Origin: a bacterium
Lineage (GTDB): Bacteria > Zhuqueibacterota > Zhuqueibacteria > Oceanimicrobiales > Oceanimicrobiaceae
Direction of reading: 5' to 3'
Length of the DNA: 50,617 nt
Assembly (NCBI GenBank): GCA_046757025.1
Contig: JBHHXN010000019.1
Span: 1 to 50,617, forward strand
A model generated the notes under the pieces. It searched no databases. It was given only the letters and a program-made list of their open reading frames with translations, and was not told the origin of the DNA. The position numbers and the translations under genes were made by a program. Below are positions 40,001 through 49,346 of the stretch, in pieces (the stretch's first letter is position 1; each line of letters opens with the position of its first letter).

Positions 40001-40652
40001 AACCCGCCACATGCGTACCATGACCATCGGTGTCTTTTGAGGTGCATTCGCCGTTGTCGATTTGTGATTTGCGCCATTCAGTGCCATAATCGAAAGAGGG
40101 TGCGGATGGACTACTTCCCGTTTGCGTCTGGTCCCAGAGGTAGAGAATGCGGCTGCCGTTGTCGTTCTTAAAGCCGGGATGATGGATGTCGATGCCGGTG
40201 TCTACTACCCCAACGATCACGTTTTCTCCGGTGTAACCCGCCTGGATAGCGTCGTCGATGCCCATAACCTGCGTGGCGATATCGTTCAACAGCCATTCTT
40301 TGATGGCCCCGGAAATATATTTGACCTGCGACAGGGCAGCCATTTTTTCCACGTTGGACAGCGGAATCAGCGCCGTGGCATAATCCCCCACAACAGTACG
40401 AAGCCTACCCCCCATGGATTCCACAAACTTAAAATCCTGGCCAGAGCTCTGGATAATCACCTCGACCATAGGCGCCTTGTAAGTCTTGTCGAATTTAACA
40501 CCCCGGTCCTGCATCTGCGACAGCTTTTCTGGATTAACTTTTTGTCGTGAAAGGATATCTTTAAGCCAGAAGTCGATCTTGTTTTGACCGATCGCATCAG
40601 AAAGGCTGAACATCAAATACAAAAAAACCAACATTCTTAATATAATCTTCAT
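37047..40652 (-). CDS. Secreted S8 subtilase with beta-helix region and FlgD-Ig/T9SS-type C-terminal domain
   Basis: Signal peptide; VVDTG (Asp), GHGTHVAG (His), SAGN, GTSVSGP (Ser); SPCIDAG..D.G..DMGA; QNYPNPFNP...KKMLLLR. Confidence 0.9.
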   Translation of the reverse strand: MKIILRMLVFLYLMFSLSDAIGQNKIDFWLKDILSRQKVNPEKLSQMQDRGVKFDKTYKAPMVEVIIQSSGQDFKFVESMGGRLRTVVGDYATALIPLSNVEKMAALSQVKYISGAIKEWLLNDIATQVMGIDDAIQAGYTGENVIVGVVDTGIDIHHPGFKNDNGSRILYLWDQTQTGSSPSAPSFDYGTEWRKSQIDNGECTSKDTDGHGTHVAGSIAQFIAAGPDSAYDGGAIAANLVIVKTDLLSTHILDGVNYIFEKARQLGKPAVVNLSLGSQNGPHDGSDPVTAARDLLAGPGRIIVQSAGNDGANPIHHQVSADANGEDMEFTVAKTASKLEFELWYDGAENVTIRVLGPGNVPDFTLQPGQSGKQTTNQGNATVDNASAGSESYNGDKRISVILENSVAAGTWKFRLSSVSATTVHAWMWDGDPEAGFAFSTSDNHYTLTNGACGKNVIAVGAMVTRNRVRVRDVPGIPDGTEVSVNEVIDEIATFSSGGPTRDGRHKPEVVAPGVMVISALSEDIQTNGNGSFGDFRSYGDRLPVFGLCCQQSVNGTSVSGPLLAGGLPTLLESNEALDDDAIRAMFRKDAKNAQLAVDNTWHYRKGYGLFDLRNFLNQQTSLIAVKQTAGDKIDIQFNVILNGADNKNHYQIVGPSAASVTIENAGINDKTVTLDLSGNLVEGFRDSIMVTGITGLAESAIFEIDKLGTVVTLTSLLTKTTWRREDSPYYIHNSLQIGRDVSLTLQPGTTLKFMPNAEEPVNLVIFGELNAHGAVEKPITFTSLNESLHGEWGGLFFDADIPSTTLKHCRIQYAEIGVICRSSNLTLENCMILHSYDTGFLVQNCSPKIKRTVIWDSNGGQFDDGIQLSNVTSSSVIENVTIVGNGRAGIACFSSNPQIINAVVVSNAQLGIHSQDGIPPTVTYSDVWNNGIDFNGVSGAGAGNISVNPLFENAAAGDFQLSADSPCIDAGSPDSQFNDPDGTVNDMGAFDRLADLVVFDSTKLIQGYTFNWQTISTDSVKGVIVVRSFEGPPDIRPLNGKQYQVEDALGNGVIIQSVLNGSHSGNFIDENERAYFSAWAIYSGFNYSDKEKLLVVSINNNEPEGTIPLTYRLHQNYPNPFNPETEIQFELPMQTRVQIKVFNVLGQEIKTLLDSEYQPGVHKIRWDGKDRRGNLTAAGVYLYRIKAGDFTSVKKMLLLR

Positions 40653-40700
40653 CCTTCTACCCTCCTCCGAATTGGTTTAATAATCCTGAATTATTTAAAA

Positions 40701-43550
40701 TCAGTCAGCATTGCCGGTCAAAATAAAGCCTCCCCAGTGATACGGGTGCGCAAATGGGCAAGCATTTTCATCGCTGTATTCAACGGATCGTAAAAGTTTT
40801 TTAACCTGCCACTCTTGTCGATATATTCTCTTTCTCGCCACTTCCGAATTTGTGCTGGCGGCAAATTTACTTATTTCAGAAATAATTTTATTGAGAAACG
40901 ACTGAATTGCGGGGGCTTTTAATTTTCGTACCTCCGCTTGCGCCGCTATTAAAGCATCTCTTCTACTCAGACCTTCGCTGACCACGTTCTCATACCATTT
41001 ATGAATTAAAACAGCCGTGGACAAATCATCCACCGACCATAAACTGCTCACTACACTGGCAGCGCCTGCATACAAGAACGCGGCCGGCAATCCAATGTAC
41101 TCATCGCCCTTATCGAGTTTGATCATGCCGGTTTCACAAGCGCTGAGAAGAACCGTATGTGCATTCGGTACTTCCAGAGAAGTGAATATTTTTTGAGCGG
41201 TTAACTTTTGCTGCCTCCCGCCAAGCGTGACAAAAGCCTCTAAAGAATTTTTTAAAAATGTGGCGCCTCTACCGTGGGTGGCAAAATGAACGAAATGAGC
41301 ATGCCGACTCAAATCTTCAATGGCTTGAAAAGTCGCTGCTTCACCAGCGAGAATTTCAGACTGTGTGAATAAACTCGCCACCACACAGGTTTCAGCATCT
41401 GCCCAGAAAAGATCGCCCGCTGGATTGCTGACTGCCAATAATTTGTTTTGCGATCTTTGTAGTTTTTCATGTTCATAACAAAGTTTTAACATGCGAAAAT
41501 TGGGCGAATAAGATATTTTGTATCGATCCACCAGGTATTTTCTTTCATTTACCGGGAAACGTATTAAATGCAAGGGCAACAAATGCAATCCGGCATGCGG
41601 TATCAGAATGAGGTTTTGAGGTTTTATATCATCCAGTACCTTTTGAATGGGCTGCCACATATTCGAAAACAATCTTCCACCGACGTCTTCAATTGTCTGA
41701 TACCAATTAAATTTCGCCGATCCATAAGCCCGATCTGATTCCCGCCCCGGATTTCTTTGCCGCATCTGAGCCTGGTTTTGAAGTTCACCATAGCTTTTGA
41801 ACCAGCAATCGTGCAGCAATCGATTGAGTGCCCCCTCACTAAACTGCTCAAGTTCAACCACCTGCCAGTCATCTTCCTGAAAAATAAAGGCAACCGTTTT
41901 TTCATGTCCTACCCAGAATTCAATTAATACCGTATTTTCATGAAAGGACTTTAAATGTTCTTTAATCTCCGCAACCGTGACAGGATGCGGCTCAAAAATC
42001 TCAGCAAAGGCCACATCGTATTGTGCGATTTCCTTGAAATTATCTATCTGCTTTTGTCGAACAACCAACAATTCTGCAACATAGCGTTCATAGGATTGCT
42101 TCGACGTGGTCTGGCCAGCCGCGGTCATGGCAACGCCGCCTATCCGATCCGCCAGTGTTCGTTGTCGAACTATCAATTGTTCATGCTGCTTAATTAAATT
42201 CACAGGCACATTCTTTGAAGGCTGCAAATTCACCTCCGCCATCATGCGCATTAAGGTGTATGCTTTCCCGCGTTCAACGTATCCGATGGCCTCTTCCTCG
42301 CACCCTAACAACTGCAGACTGGTCTTCACTATCTCCCGATAAACCAGTACTTTGCTTTCTCCATACCCCCTGCTGAATTCTTCAATTTTCACTTCACGGC
42401 GCAATTGTTCCAGGCGATCGATGGCAGTGCGGAAGTATGTGAAGGCTTCGGCAGCATTGGAACAGTCTCTCTGATAGATTAAGCCGAGGTTGTAATTCCA
42501 GAGGTAACAATGATCTAAGTCGTGTATTTTTTCTGCTAATTTTAAAGCGGTTTTATAATGGTCAATTGCTTTTTCTGTTTTCGCAAGGGCGCTGTAAACG
42601 TTTCCGAGGTTGCCGGTCCACCTGCAAATAAAGGGTAAGTCGCCAAATTCTTCTGCTATCGCAAGCGCTTTGAGGTAGAATGCCTCTGCCCGGTTGAATT
42701 GACCGGTCTGAAAATAATAATTGCCGAGATTACCGAGCGCATCGCCCTCCCCTATTCTGTCCGCGGCTTTTCGTGCTACCGCCAGACTTTGCTGGTAGAA
42801 ATTCCTTGCTGCCGGCAAATCACCACTGTCTCTGCAAACGATTCCCAGGCTGTTTAAAATACGATTTTCGTTCTGACCGTCATTCAATTTTCTGGCGCTA
42901 TCGAGTGCACTTTGGTAATAATTGAGCGCGCTATCATATTTTCCCAATTCCCGATGCATGCTACCCAAACTGATATCGAGAAGCATGGTGGTTTTGGTAT
43001 GCAGCAGGTTTTCACCGAGCAGGGTGCGAGCCTGCAGGTAATATGCCAGCGCTTTTTCTTTATAACCTGAGATCGCGTACGAGCGTCCAATATTTCCCAG
43101 ATTCTGGGCGTCGGTCTCGCTCTCCATAAACGCGGGATTTGAAGCCAATACCCACGCTTGCTGCCAATATTTCGCTGCCTGGTGGAGATCTTTAGCAGCA
43201 AAATGGGCATGACCTAAAGCGAATAAAATATTCTTGCGATACATTTTGTTTTTAAGCAGGTCAGCAACTGCACAAGCCCGTGTCAGAAATTCCCTGGCTT
43301 TTTCAAATTCTTCCTGCTCGTAAAATAACTTGCCCAATTCATAAGTGGATAAAATCAGCAATTTTAACGCATCCATATCGATCTGCGAAAAATCATCGCA
43401 GGCGATCCGCGTGGATTTGAATTGTTCAAAAAACTCAATGGATAATTGCTGTTGATGCCGGATGACAAAGTTTTGAATTTCTGTGTGAGTTGTTATTCGA
43501 AGGAGTGCGTCAGCGAGAGAATTAAAATCTTTATTCGCTTCTGAATTCAT
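40701..43550 (-). CDS. TPR-repeat CHAT-domain (caspase-like) protease
   Basis: Multiple TPRs (LGN.G..Y...G...A..YY..AL); LHLLPLH, VHFATHG (His), LSACETG (Cys), SLWSVDD, HPYHWGGF. Confidence 0.93.
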   Translation of the reverse strand: MNSEANKDFNSLADALLRITTHTEIQNFVIRHQQQLSIEFFEQFKSTRIACDDFSQIDMDALKLLILSTYELGKLFYEQEEFEKAREFLTRACAVADLLKNKMYRKNILFALGHAHFAAKDLHQAAKYWQQAWVLASNPAFMESETDAQNLGNIGRSYAISGYKEKALAYYLQARTLLGENLLHTKTTMLLDISLGSMHRELGKYDSALNYYQSALDSARKLNDGQNENRILNSLGIVCRDSGDLPAARNFYQQSLAVARKAADRIGEGDALGNLGNYYFQTGQFNRAEAFYLKALAIAEEFGDLPFICRWTGNLGNVYSALAKTEKAIDHYKTALKLAEKIHDLDHCYLWNYNLGLIYQRDCSNAAEAFTYFRTAIDRLEQLRREVKIEEFSRGYGESKVLVYREIVKTSLQLLGCEEEAIGYVERGKAYTLMRMMAEVNLQPSKNVPVNLIKQHEQLIVRQRTLADRIGGVAMTAAGQTTSKQSYERYVAELLVVRQKQIDNFKEIAQYDVAFAEIFEPHPVTVAEIKEHLKSFHENTVLIEFWVGHEKTVAFIFQEDDWQVVELEQFSEGALNRLLHDCWFKSYGELQNQAQMRQRNPGRESDRAYGSAKFNWYQTIEDVGGRLFSNMWQPIQKVLDDIKPQNLILIPHAGLHLLPLHLIRFPVNERKYLVDRYKISYSPNFRMLKLCYEHEKLQRSQNKLLAVSNPAGDLFWADAETCVVASLFTQSEILAGEAATFQAIEDLSRHAHFVHFATHGRGATFLKNSLEAFVTLGGRQQKLTAQKIFTSLEVPNAHTVLLSACETGMIKLDKGDEYIGLPAAFLYAGAASVVSSLWSVDDLSTAVLIHKWYENVVSEGLSRRDALIAAQAEVRKLKAPAIQSFLNKIISEISKFAASTNSEVARKRIYRQEWQVKKLLRSVEYSDENACPFAHPYHWGGFILTGNAD

Positions 43551-44869
43551 GGTTTCATTTTTTCATTATTGTGGTCAGTTTTTTTACGCTTAAATAGGCT
43601 AAAGTTTGGCGGTTTCCGCCATAAAAAAATGATGCTTCCCATCAGAATGCCGATGCTGAGAATGATGATTTTTAGATTAAATGTCAATTCCTCTGAAAAG
43701 CCGTCAATCACCGCCAGCACCATGCCCACGATGCCTAAAATGCCCACCAAACGACGCTCATTTTTGCCGCGCTCAATGTCCACAAACGAATGCAAGGTTT
43801 GCAGCGTCAACAGAGCCTCGTCATTGCTGGAGTTGAAATAATTCAAATCTACTTTCATCTGCTCGACGGCAAGCGCAGGGCCTGCGCCAAATAGCGACCA
43901 CCACTGCTGGTATTTCCCCTGGATAACTGGTTCCTGTAAAATTTTATGGATGTTGTTTAAATTGGTTTCCATGCCGATTATCGTTTGTCGCAATTTTCCG
44001 ATCCATTCTATCAACGTGTCCTGCCTCTCAGAGAGAGCGACGATTCTTTTCTCTAATTTTTTCAACTTTCCGCTCTTTTCACTGCCTTTTAATTGCTTTT
44101 TGAGATCATATTCTGCTTTTTCAATTTCTGCCCTTTCCTCTTCATATTTTTGAAATTCTTGCTCAATTTTTAAATGCATCAAAACGATTCGAGGCAGAAT
44201 AAAATTAATAAACCAGGAGGCGGATTCTTTACTCTTTTCGTCCCGAAAACTGAGCACCGCCATGGGATTATTGGTAATGGCCGGCAAATACAAATATCCC
44301 CAGTCATATTTCATGACGACGATTTCTGTCCGAGGCTGCTTTTGGGAAGCACTGGCCAGCATCGATTTCAAATCCTGGTTTTCATCTTCGTTGGTGATTT
44401 CAGCATAAAAACAAACGGTATCGCCGATGAGCACATTCTGATTCCCATTCATTTCGATTTGAAATTCACTCATCGCCTCCTGCAGTGTATTAAAAGCGCT
44501 CAAAGCGGTATCCCGATGATCCCAGAATCCGAATTGGATAAATAAACTATCGAGGATGAATCTAACTTCTATGAGAAACGACATGGACTCGCTGTTATTT
44601 TTGAGCCAATCGGTTCCGACAATTCGCAGACTCTCTCGCAAACCCATGTCGAATTTGGGCTGTTGGCATGCTGGTGGTGAATGGCCGGCTTTTTGATGAA
44701 TCCATTGCCAGGAGCGCAGAATTATTTTCCAGAGCTCGTTCCATAATTTGTCTTTTACATCGGGGCTATCGTCCACGCGTCCGCGATTGAAATAGTAAAA
44801 ATAAAACAGGCTCGGGTCATGAAATTTTTGCTCTTGGGGCATTCGCTGCTCCGCTTTGAAAATGGACAT
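43547..44869 (-). CDS. Coiled-coil protein with two C-terminal TM helices (CATRA/CorA-like architecture)
   Basis: Globular N-terminal half, long heptad helices, then LVGILGIVGMVLAVI and IIILSIGILMGSIIFLW; 4-nt overlap with the CHAT gene. Confidence 0.8.
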   Translation of the reverse strand: MSIFKAEQRMPQEQKFHDPSLFYFYYFNRGRVDDSPDVKDKLWNELWKIILRSWQWIHQKAGHSPPACQQPKFDMGLRESLRIVGTDWLKNNSESMSFLIEVRFILDSLFIQFGFWDHRDTALSAFNTLQEAMSEFQIEMNGNQNVLIGDTVCFYAEITNEDENQDLKSMLASASQKQPRTEIVVMKYDWGYLYLPAITNNPMAVLSFRDEKSKESASWFINFILPRIVLMHLKIEQEFQKYEEERAEIEKAEYDLKKQLKGSEKSGKLKKLEKRIVALSERQDTLIEWIGKLRQTIIGMETNLNNIHKILQEPVIQGKYQQWWSLFGAGPALAVEQMKVDLNYFNSSNDEALLTLQTLHSFVDIERGKNERRLVGILGIVGMVLAVIDGFSEELTFNLKIIILSIGILMGSIIFLWRKPPNFSLFKRKKTDHNNEKMKP

Positions 44870-44870
44870 G

Positions 44871-45248
44871 TTAGGGTTCCTCCATCTGCTCTTTTAGCGT
44901 GACGACCACTGCGATAAACACGCTCTCAAATTCACTCTTACCGCTTTGTCTTTGCCGCACATAAATTTCCTGTTGTCTGGCTTCAATTTGATTGATTGGT
45001 GCAGTAGCTGCTCGTGAATTGGTATCCAGAGTAGTCCCGGCAGAAGCGTGATTCACCCGTTTTTGTAAAGACTCAAATTCAGTAAATAGTGAATTTAGTA
45101 TCTTTTCGCTTTCTTCCAGATTGCCATTTTTGAGTTCGTCATGCGCTGAATCGACACGCCGTTTAAAGGTTTCCCAACTATCACCCAACTCCGCTTTGAC
45201 GGATTTCAGATCAAATAAAATCACATCGAGTTTATCTAAGAGTTTCAT
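44871..45248 (-). CDS. Small helical protein heading the CHAT operon
   Basis: RBS GGAGG; 125 aa; 1-nt gap to the next gene. Confidence 0.8.
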   Translation of the reverse strand: MKLLDKLDVILFDLKSVKAELGDSWETFKRRVDSAHDELKNGNLEESEKILNSLFTEFESLQKRVNHASAGTTLDTNSRAATAPINQIEARQQEIYVRQRQSGKSEFESVFIAVVVTLKEQMEEP

Positions 45249-45427
45249 AAAGTAATCCTCCCGATATTTGTAGTCAAAACTCCTGAATTGGCGAAAGAGT
45301 TATTGGCAGGTTGATTTAGGAGCGGTGCATCGCAAACGGTCGCTTGGGATTAAAAAGAACAGGATATTTTATTCAATGTCGATAATGGTTTTCTTTACCC
45401 CAATAGCAAGGAATTTGTGAATCTTCG

Positions 45428-45928
45428 TTATCTTTTATTCCACCAAATTCGACTACGAGTAATCAGGTGCCAAATACAACCAAAAAGAAAAGACAAAAAC
45501 GACAGCGCCGATAAGCTGGTTTCATTTTAAAACATGCCGATGATTCCCAGAACAATCAAAACCATTGACAAGGCTTTTTGTGCAGCAAGATCGGATGATT
45601 CTGGTGGAGATTGCGGTTTCGAATTGGCGGTTTTCTTGCTTTTCCGCTTGGATTCTTTATTTTTGTGGTAATGATACGTATCGCCACTCCATGATTTTTT
45701 CATCACGCCTTCTTCCCCGTTCGACTTCCTTACTTTGTATTCATTGCCGGATGAAAACAAACCGGAGCGGTCTGTCAGCTTAAAACTGGTGCCGAAAAAA
45801 GTGGATGTATAAAGTGTTCCGCCAAATAGGGATTCATGAAGCTCGCCATGATCGATGTCTCCCAGGAATCCAATTTCTATCAGATGTTTTTTGCCATTTT
45901 TTTTGATTATTTTAAAAGTCTCAGCCAT
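45428..45928 (-). pseudogene. Hypothetical membrane protein with a probable premature TAA at 45527-45529
   Basis: The frame continues past TAA as NETSLSALSFLSFLFGCIWHLITRSRIWWNKR* (second TM plus basic tail), ending at 45428. Confidence 0.55.
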
Positions 45929-46303
45929 TTGTTTGCTTTCCCAAAAAATCAAATAATTCGTAAACATCGTTCACGACAAACACCAAACGATACTTTACTT
46001 CACCTTTTTTCAAGTAAGACCTTTTGATTTCAAAAAGTCTAAAATTTCTGCCACAGAACAGTACAACAGCACTGCAAGACGAAATTCTTCAACCTCAGGG
46101 TTTCCCTCGATTGCAAAATTAAAGGAATCCATGGAAAAAACCAGATAACGCTCAAATCACAGGCAGACATTTGCAGGCGGCCAAGTCATTACAGAGCAAA
46201 TTAGCCCATTTCGTAACACGGTATTTGATTTCGACAGGTTGAATTCTCTTTTCAAACCAACTTAAATCGTAAACTGGAAAAAGTAACCACAATATTCATG
46301 CAA

Positions 46304-46576
46304 TTAAATTTTTGAATCCTCTCCCATTTCCTGAATGTTTCGCGCTTTGATGAATTCGGCGGCGTCAAACCCATACCAGATTAAACAAGCAACAACGAAA
46401 ACCGGTTGCGACAATTCGATACCAATAAAGGCTATGGCGTCGCCGTCGGTGTATAAACCCAATCCCCAAATAAAAATTCCTGTGGTGATTAGAAAGCCGA
46501 CAATGGCCCCGGCCATGCGCGATGCCCTGGCAATTAATGATTGAATAACAATGGCAATAATAATAGCTGGATTCAT
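46304..46576 (-). CDS. Small membrane protein (about 3 TM)
   Basis: RBS GGAGG; 90 aa, strongly hydrophobic. Confidence 0.8.
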   Translation of the reverse strand: MNPAIIIAIVIQSLIARASRMAGAIVGFLITTGIFIWGLGLYTDGDAIAFIGIELSQPVFVVACLIWYGFDAAEFIKARNIQEMGEDSKI

Positions 46577-46928
46577 TTTAACCTCCCGTAAAAGTGAATT
46601 ATGAATGATTAATTACAAATTATAAAGATTGAATTTGAGCAATAATTTTTCATTTCAAATAGATTTAAGTTAAAACATTTCACAGCTTGTGTTCGTCTAA
46701 ATCCGTCAAAAATCGGCTATTTCATCGCAAACCTATTGGGGGCAGGTTTTCAATTGCCCGCCAATAAAGGCATTCGTCCCTAATTTGCAGAAGCGACATT
46801 TTAGCAACACAAGCTTTCAAGGTAACAAACAATCTTCCAATATCACAACGTGTTGTGCTGGCGGTGTTTTTCAGCATGATGAGAAACAAATTTGAATTAC
46901 CGCTTTTGCAATCATTCGATCAACATGC

Positions 46929-48041
46929 TCACTTATTAAACTGCCAATTTATTGACAGATTGAACACCGAAAAATTCGCCCATTTGTCATAATTCTTGAT
47001 AAAAGATGGCTGTTTCAAACTGGTCATATCAAATTGAACATTTAACGGTATATTTTTTTTAGTCAGTTTGCTAACGGGTAAGGCAATGCCAAACCCATAA
47101 GTGAAATCGGACAGGTGATTTTTGTTTGTGTCGCTGAATCCAAAATCATCCTGGTCTGTTCGATAATAACCCAAACGCACAAAAAGCAGTTGGAGAAATG
47201 ACAGCTCGGCGCCGGTCTGAAAGCCATTCAGATATTTTGAATTGAGTAAATCTTGATATGCCACATGCAGCAGCAGTCCAAATGTCTGCAATTCCACGGA
47301 ATTTAACTGACTCCTACCCCAGAAGAATTGGCAGGCTGCGCCCACATGCAAAGTGCGGGGTAAGATTTCCGTGATCTTCCTGTCCGGACCGAAATCAGAG
47401 ACCATCTTCGAGTTCGACACATTAAACAAACTCGCTCCCAGGCTCACGCTCTTAACCGAGGAATGTCTCTGGTGGAAACGGAAAATCTTCAACAACCCGA
47501 CATCGATTAAATATGAGTTAGCAGTATCTACTAATTTGTCCCGAACCAAATTGAAATTGATTCCGACATAGAAATCTTTAATCGTTTCCCGGGAGTAATT
47601 TAACGAGTACAGCGAAGTCGTTGGCGTCATCTTTTCGGACTGCGCATTTGGATCATTGATGTCTGTCACGAATAACGGTTCTCCGAAACTAAAACGAAAA
47701 AGTTGCAACCCCAGCACACCCAAGTTTCCGAAATGGTAAGTCGCACCGATAAAAGTGTAGTCTGCTTTATCCGCTAAGTAATATGGACCTGCATAAGATG
47801 CGCTGATGAGCCAACCCGGCTTCAGACTGGTACTAGCTGGATTGTAAAAGGCGCTGAATGCATCCGCCGAGGTGGCGACCAGGCTGCGCCCCATGGCTTC
47901 GGCTTTGGCGCTCGGCTGCCGGCCGAAAAAAATCTTTTCCAGCGCGCCATTGTAATCCTGTCCCAATAAATCCCCCGCAAGGCATGTCAAAACAGCCCAT
48001 CCAATCAACAAGCAGCCACAGCTTCGCAAATTATTTTTCAT
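46929..48041 (-). CDS. PorV/PorQ-like (FadL-fold) outer-membrane barrel protein
   Basis: Signal peptide; SAKAEAMG...A....SAFYNPA; LP..L..G; G.E......LFVRLGY; GFGI. Confidence 0.75.
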   Translation of the reverse strand: MKNNLRSCGCLLIGWAVLTCLAGDLLGQDYNGALEKIFFGRQPSAKAEAMGRSLVATSADAFSAFYNPASTSLKPGWLISASYAGPYYLADKADYTFIGATYHFGNLGVLGLQLFRFSFGEPLFVTDINDPNAQSEKMTPTTSLYSLNYSRETIKDFYVGINFNLVRDKLVDTANSYLIDVGLLKIFRFHQRHSSVKSVSLGASLFNVSNSKMVSDFGPDRKITEILPRTLHVGAACQFFWGRSQLNSVELQTFGLLLHVAYQDLLNSKYLNGFQTGAELSFLQLLFVRLGYYRTDQDDFGFSDTNKNHLSDFTYGFGIALPVSKLTKKNIPLNVQFDMTSLKQPSFIKNYDKWANFSVFNLSINWQFNK

Positions 48042-48822
48042 TCGCAAATCTCCCTATTTTGATACCCGTTCGCGTGGATTCACTGAATTACCATCCCACT
48101 TGTCCGCGCACTTTTTTTCATTTACTTTGAATTGAGTGAAGCTCAATTACTGTGTTCAAATTTTGCCTTCTCATAAAACATGCAAGAAATCTGCACGAAT
48201 GAATTCCGGCGAAAACAGAAAGTCAGCTTTTTCAATCTCCCATCGCAAAGCTCGATTGGCTACCAAAGTTAAACCATCACCTCTGCAATCGACTAATCAA
48301 CGGTTTTGTGCAGTAACAATCCATTTTTATCCACAGTGTTTTCCTCTGCAATTGACTACATCCGGCTTGTTCTCATTTCACCCAATTGCCTGAATTTCAA
48401 TCACGACTTTTTCTGGTCCGGTAATCAGAGATGCGAAAAACTATGAAAATACGTTTAATTTGAATTATCTGAGATGAGATTTTTTTAGTACAGATACCGA
48501 ATCGCTTGCATCACGTGGATGGGGTTCTTTCCGGAACCGGTTCTGAATCTGGTCGAAGACTGCTACTAGCCGCTGAAGTGCATGCACAGAAGTTTCACAT
48601 CGTCAAAATGAGCCAAAAGAGGTAATTGGTGTCAGCGGCAACTTATTCAAAAGTGCAAAAAAGTATGGTCTTTTGCTAATGAATTCTATGTATTGAATCA
48701 ACTTATTTAGCCAATTTCCGAATTATCGCCAATTCCATTATTTACTTCATTGTGATATTTAGGCTGTGTATTTCCAAATTAAACAACCAAAAATTATGCA
48801 AGAAATTTTATCAGTACCCTCC

Positions 48823-49344
48823 TCAAAGGATCAGCGCTGGCAATCCTAGTCCGATACCAATGCCATATAAATAATCTATCCAAAAAAACGAAAGCAGATT
48901 CGCGAGGTAGATTACAAGCACAAGAGGATAGCTTATGATGGCTAACGGTTTCAAGGAAGCGATTTCTTTCTTCGCATAATGCAGCAAATGCTGTGCATCC
49001 TGATTCGATGGAAACGCGTGCATGCCGATGGACACGCCCAGCCAAATCAGCACATAAGAAAGCGGATTATTCAGCCCAAATATTTTAACTGGAACAAAAG
49101 CAGGAAAACAGATAACAATGCACAACAAAGAATTCACCAAGAACGGGCCAATTGAGACCAGAAAAGCGGTAGTAAAATCCTCAATTTCATCATGCAAAAC
49201 ATAACCCGCTGGGTTATCGAACTGAAAAAAGCACACATCCAAAACGGCTACCTTTCTGAGCTTACAAAACAACATGTGCGCGACCTCGTGCACGATAACT
49301 CCGGGAAAGGTGAGCGCCGCTACGATTTCTCCTGGAATGAACAT
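48823..49344 (-). CDS. Membrane metalloprotease-like protein (HExxH; DUF3267/M50-like)
   Basis: PGVIVHEVAH, GYVLH, SIGPF, AFPS..D; several TM helices. Confidence 0.8.
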   Translation of the reverse strand: MFIPGEIVAALTFPGVIVHEVAHMLFCKLRKVAVLDVCFFQFDNPAGYVLHDEIEDFTTAFLVSIGPFLVNSLLCIVICFPAFVPVKIFGLNNPLSYVLIWLGVSIGMHAFPSNQDAQHLLHYAKKEIASLKPLAIISYPLVLVIYLANLLSFFWIDYLYGIGIGLGLPALIL

Positions 49345-49346
49345 GA

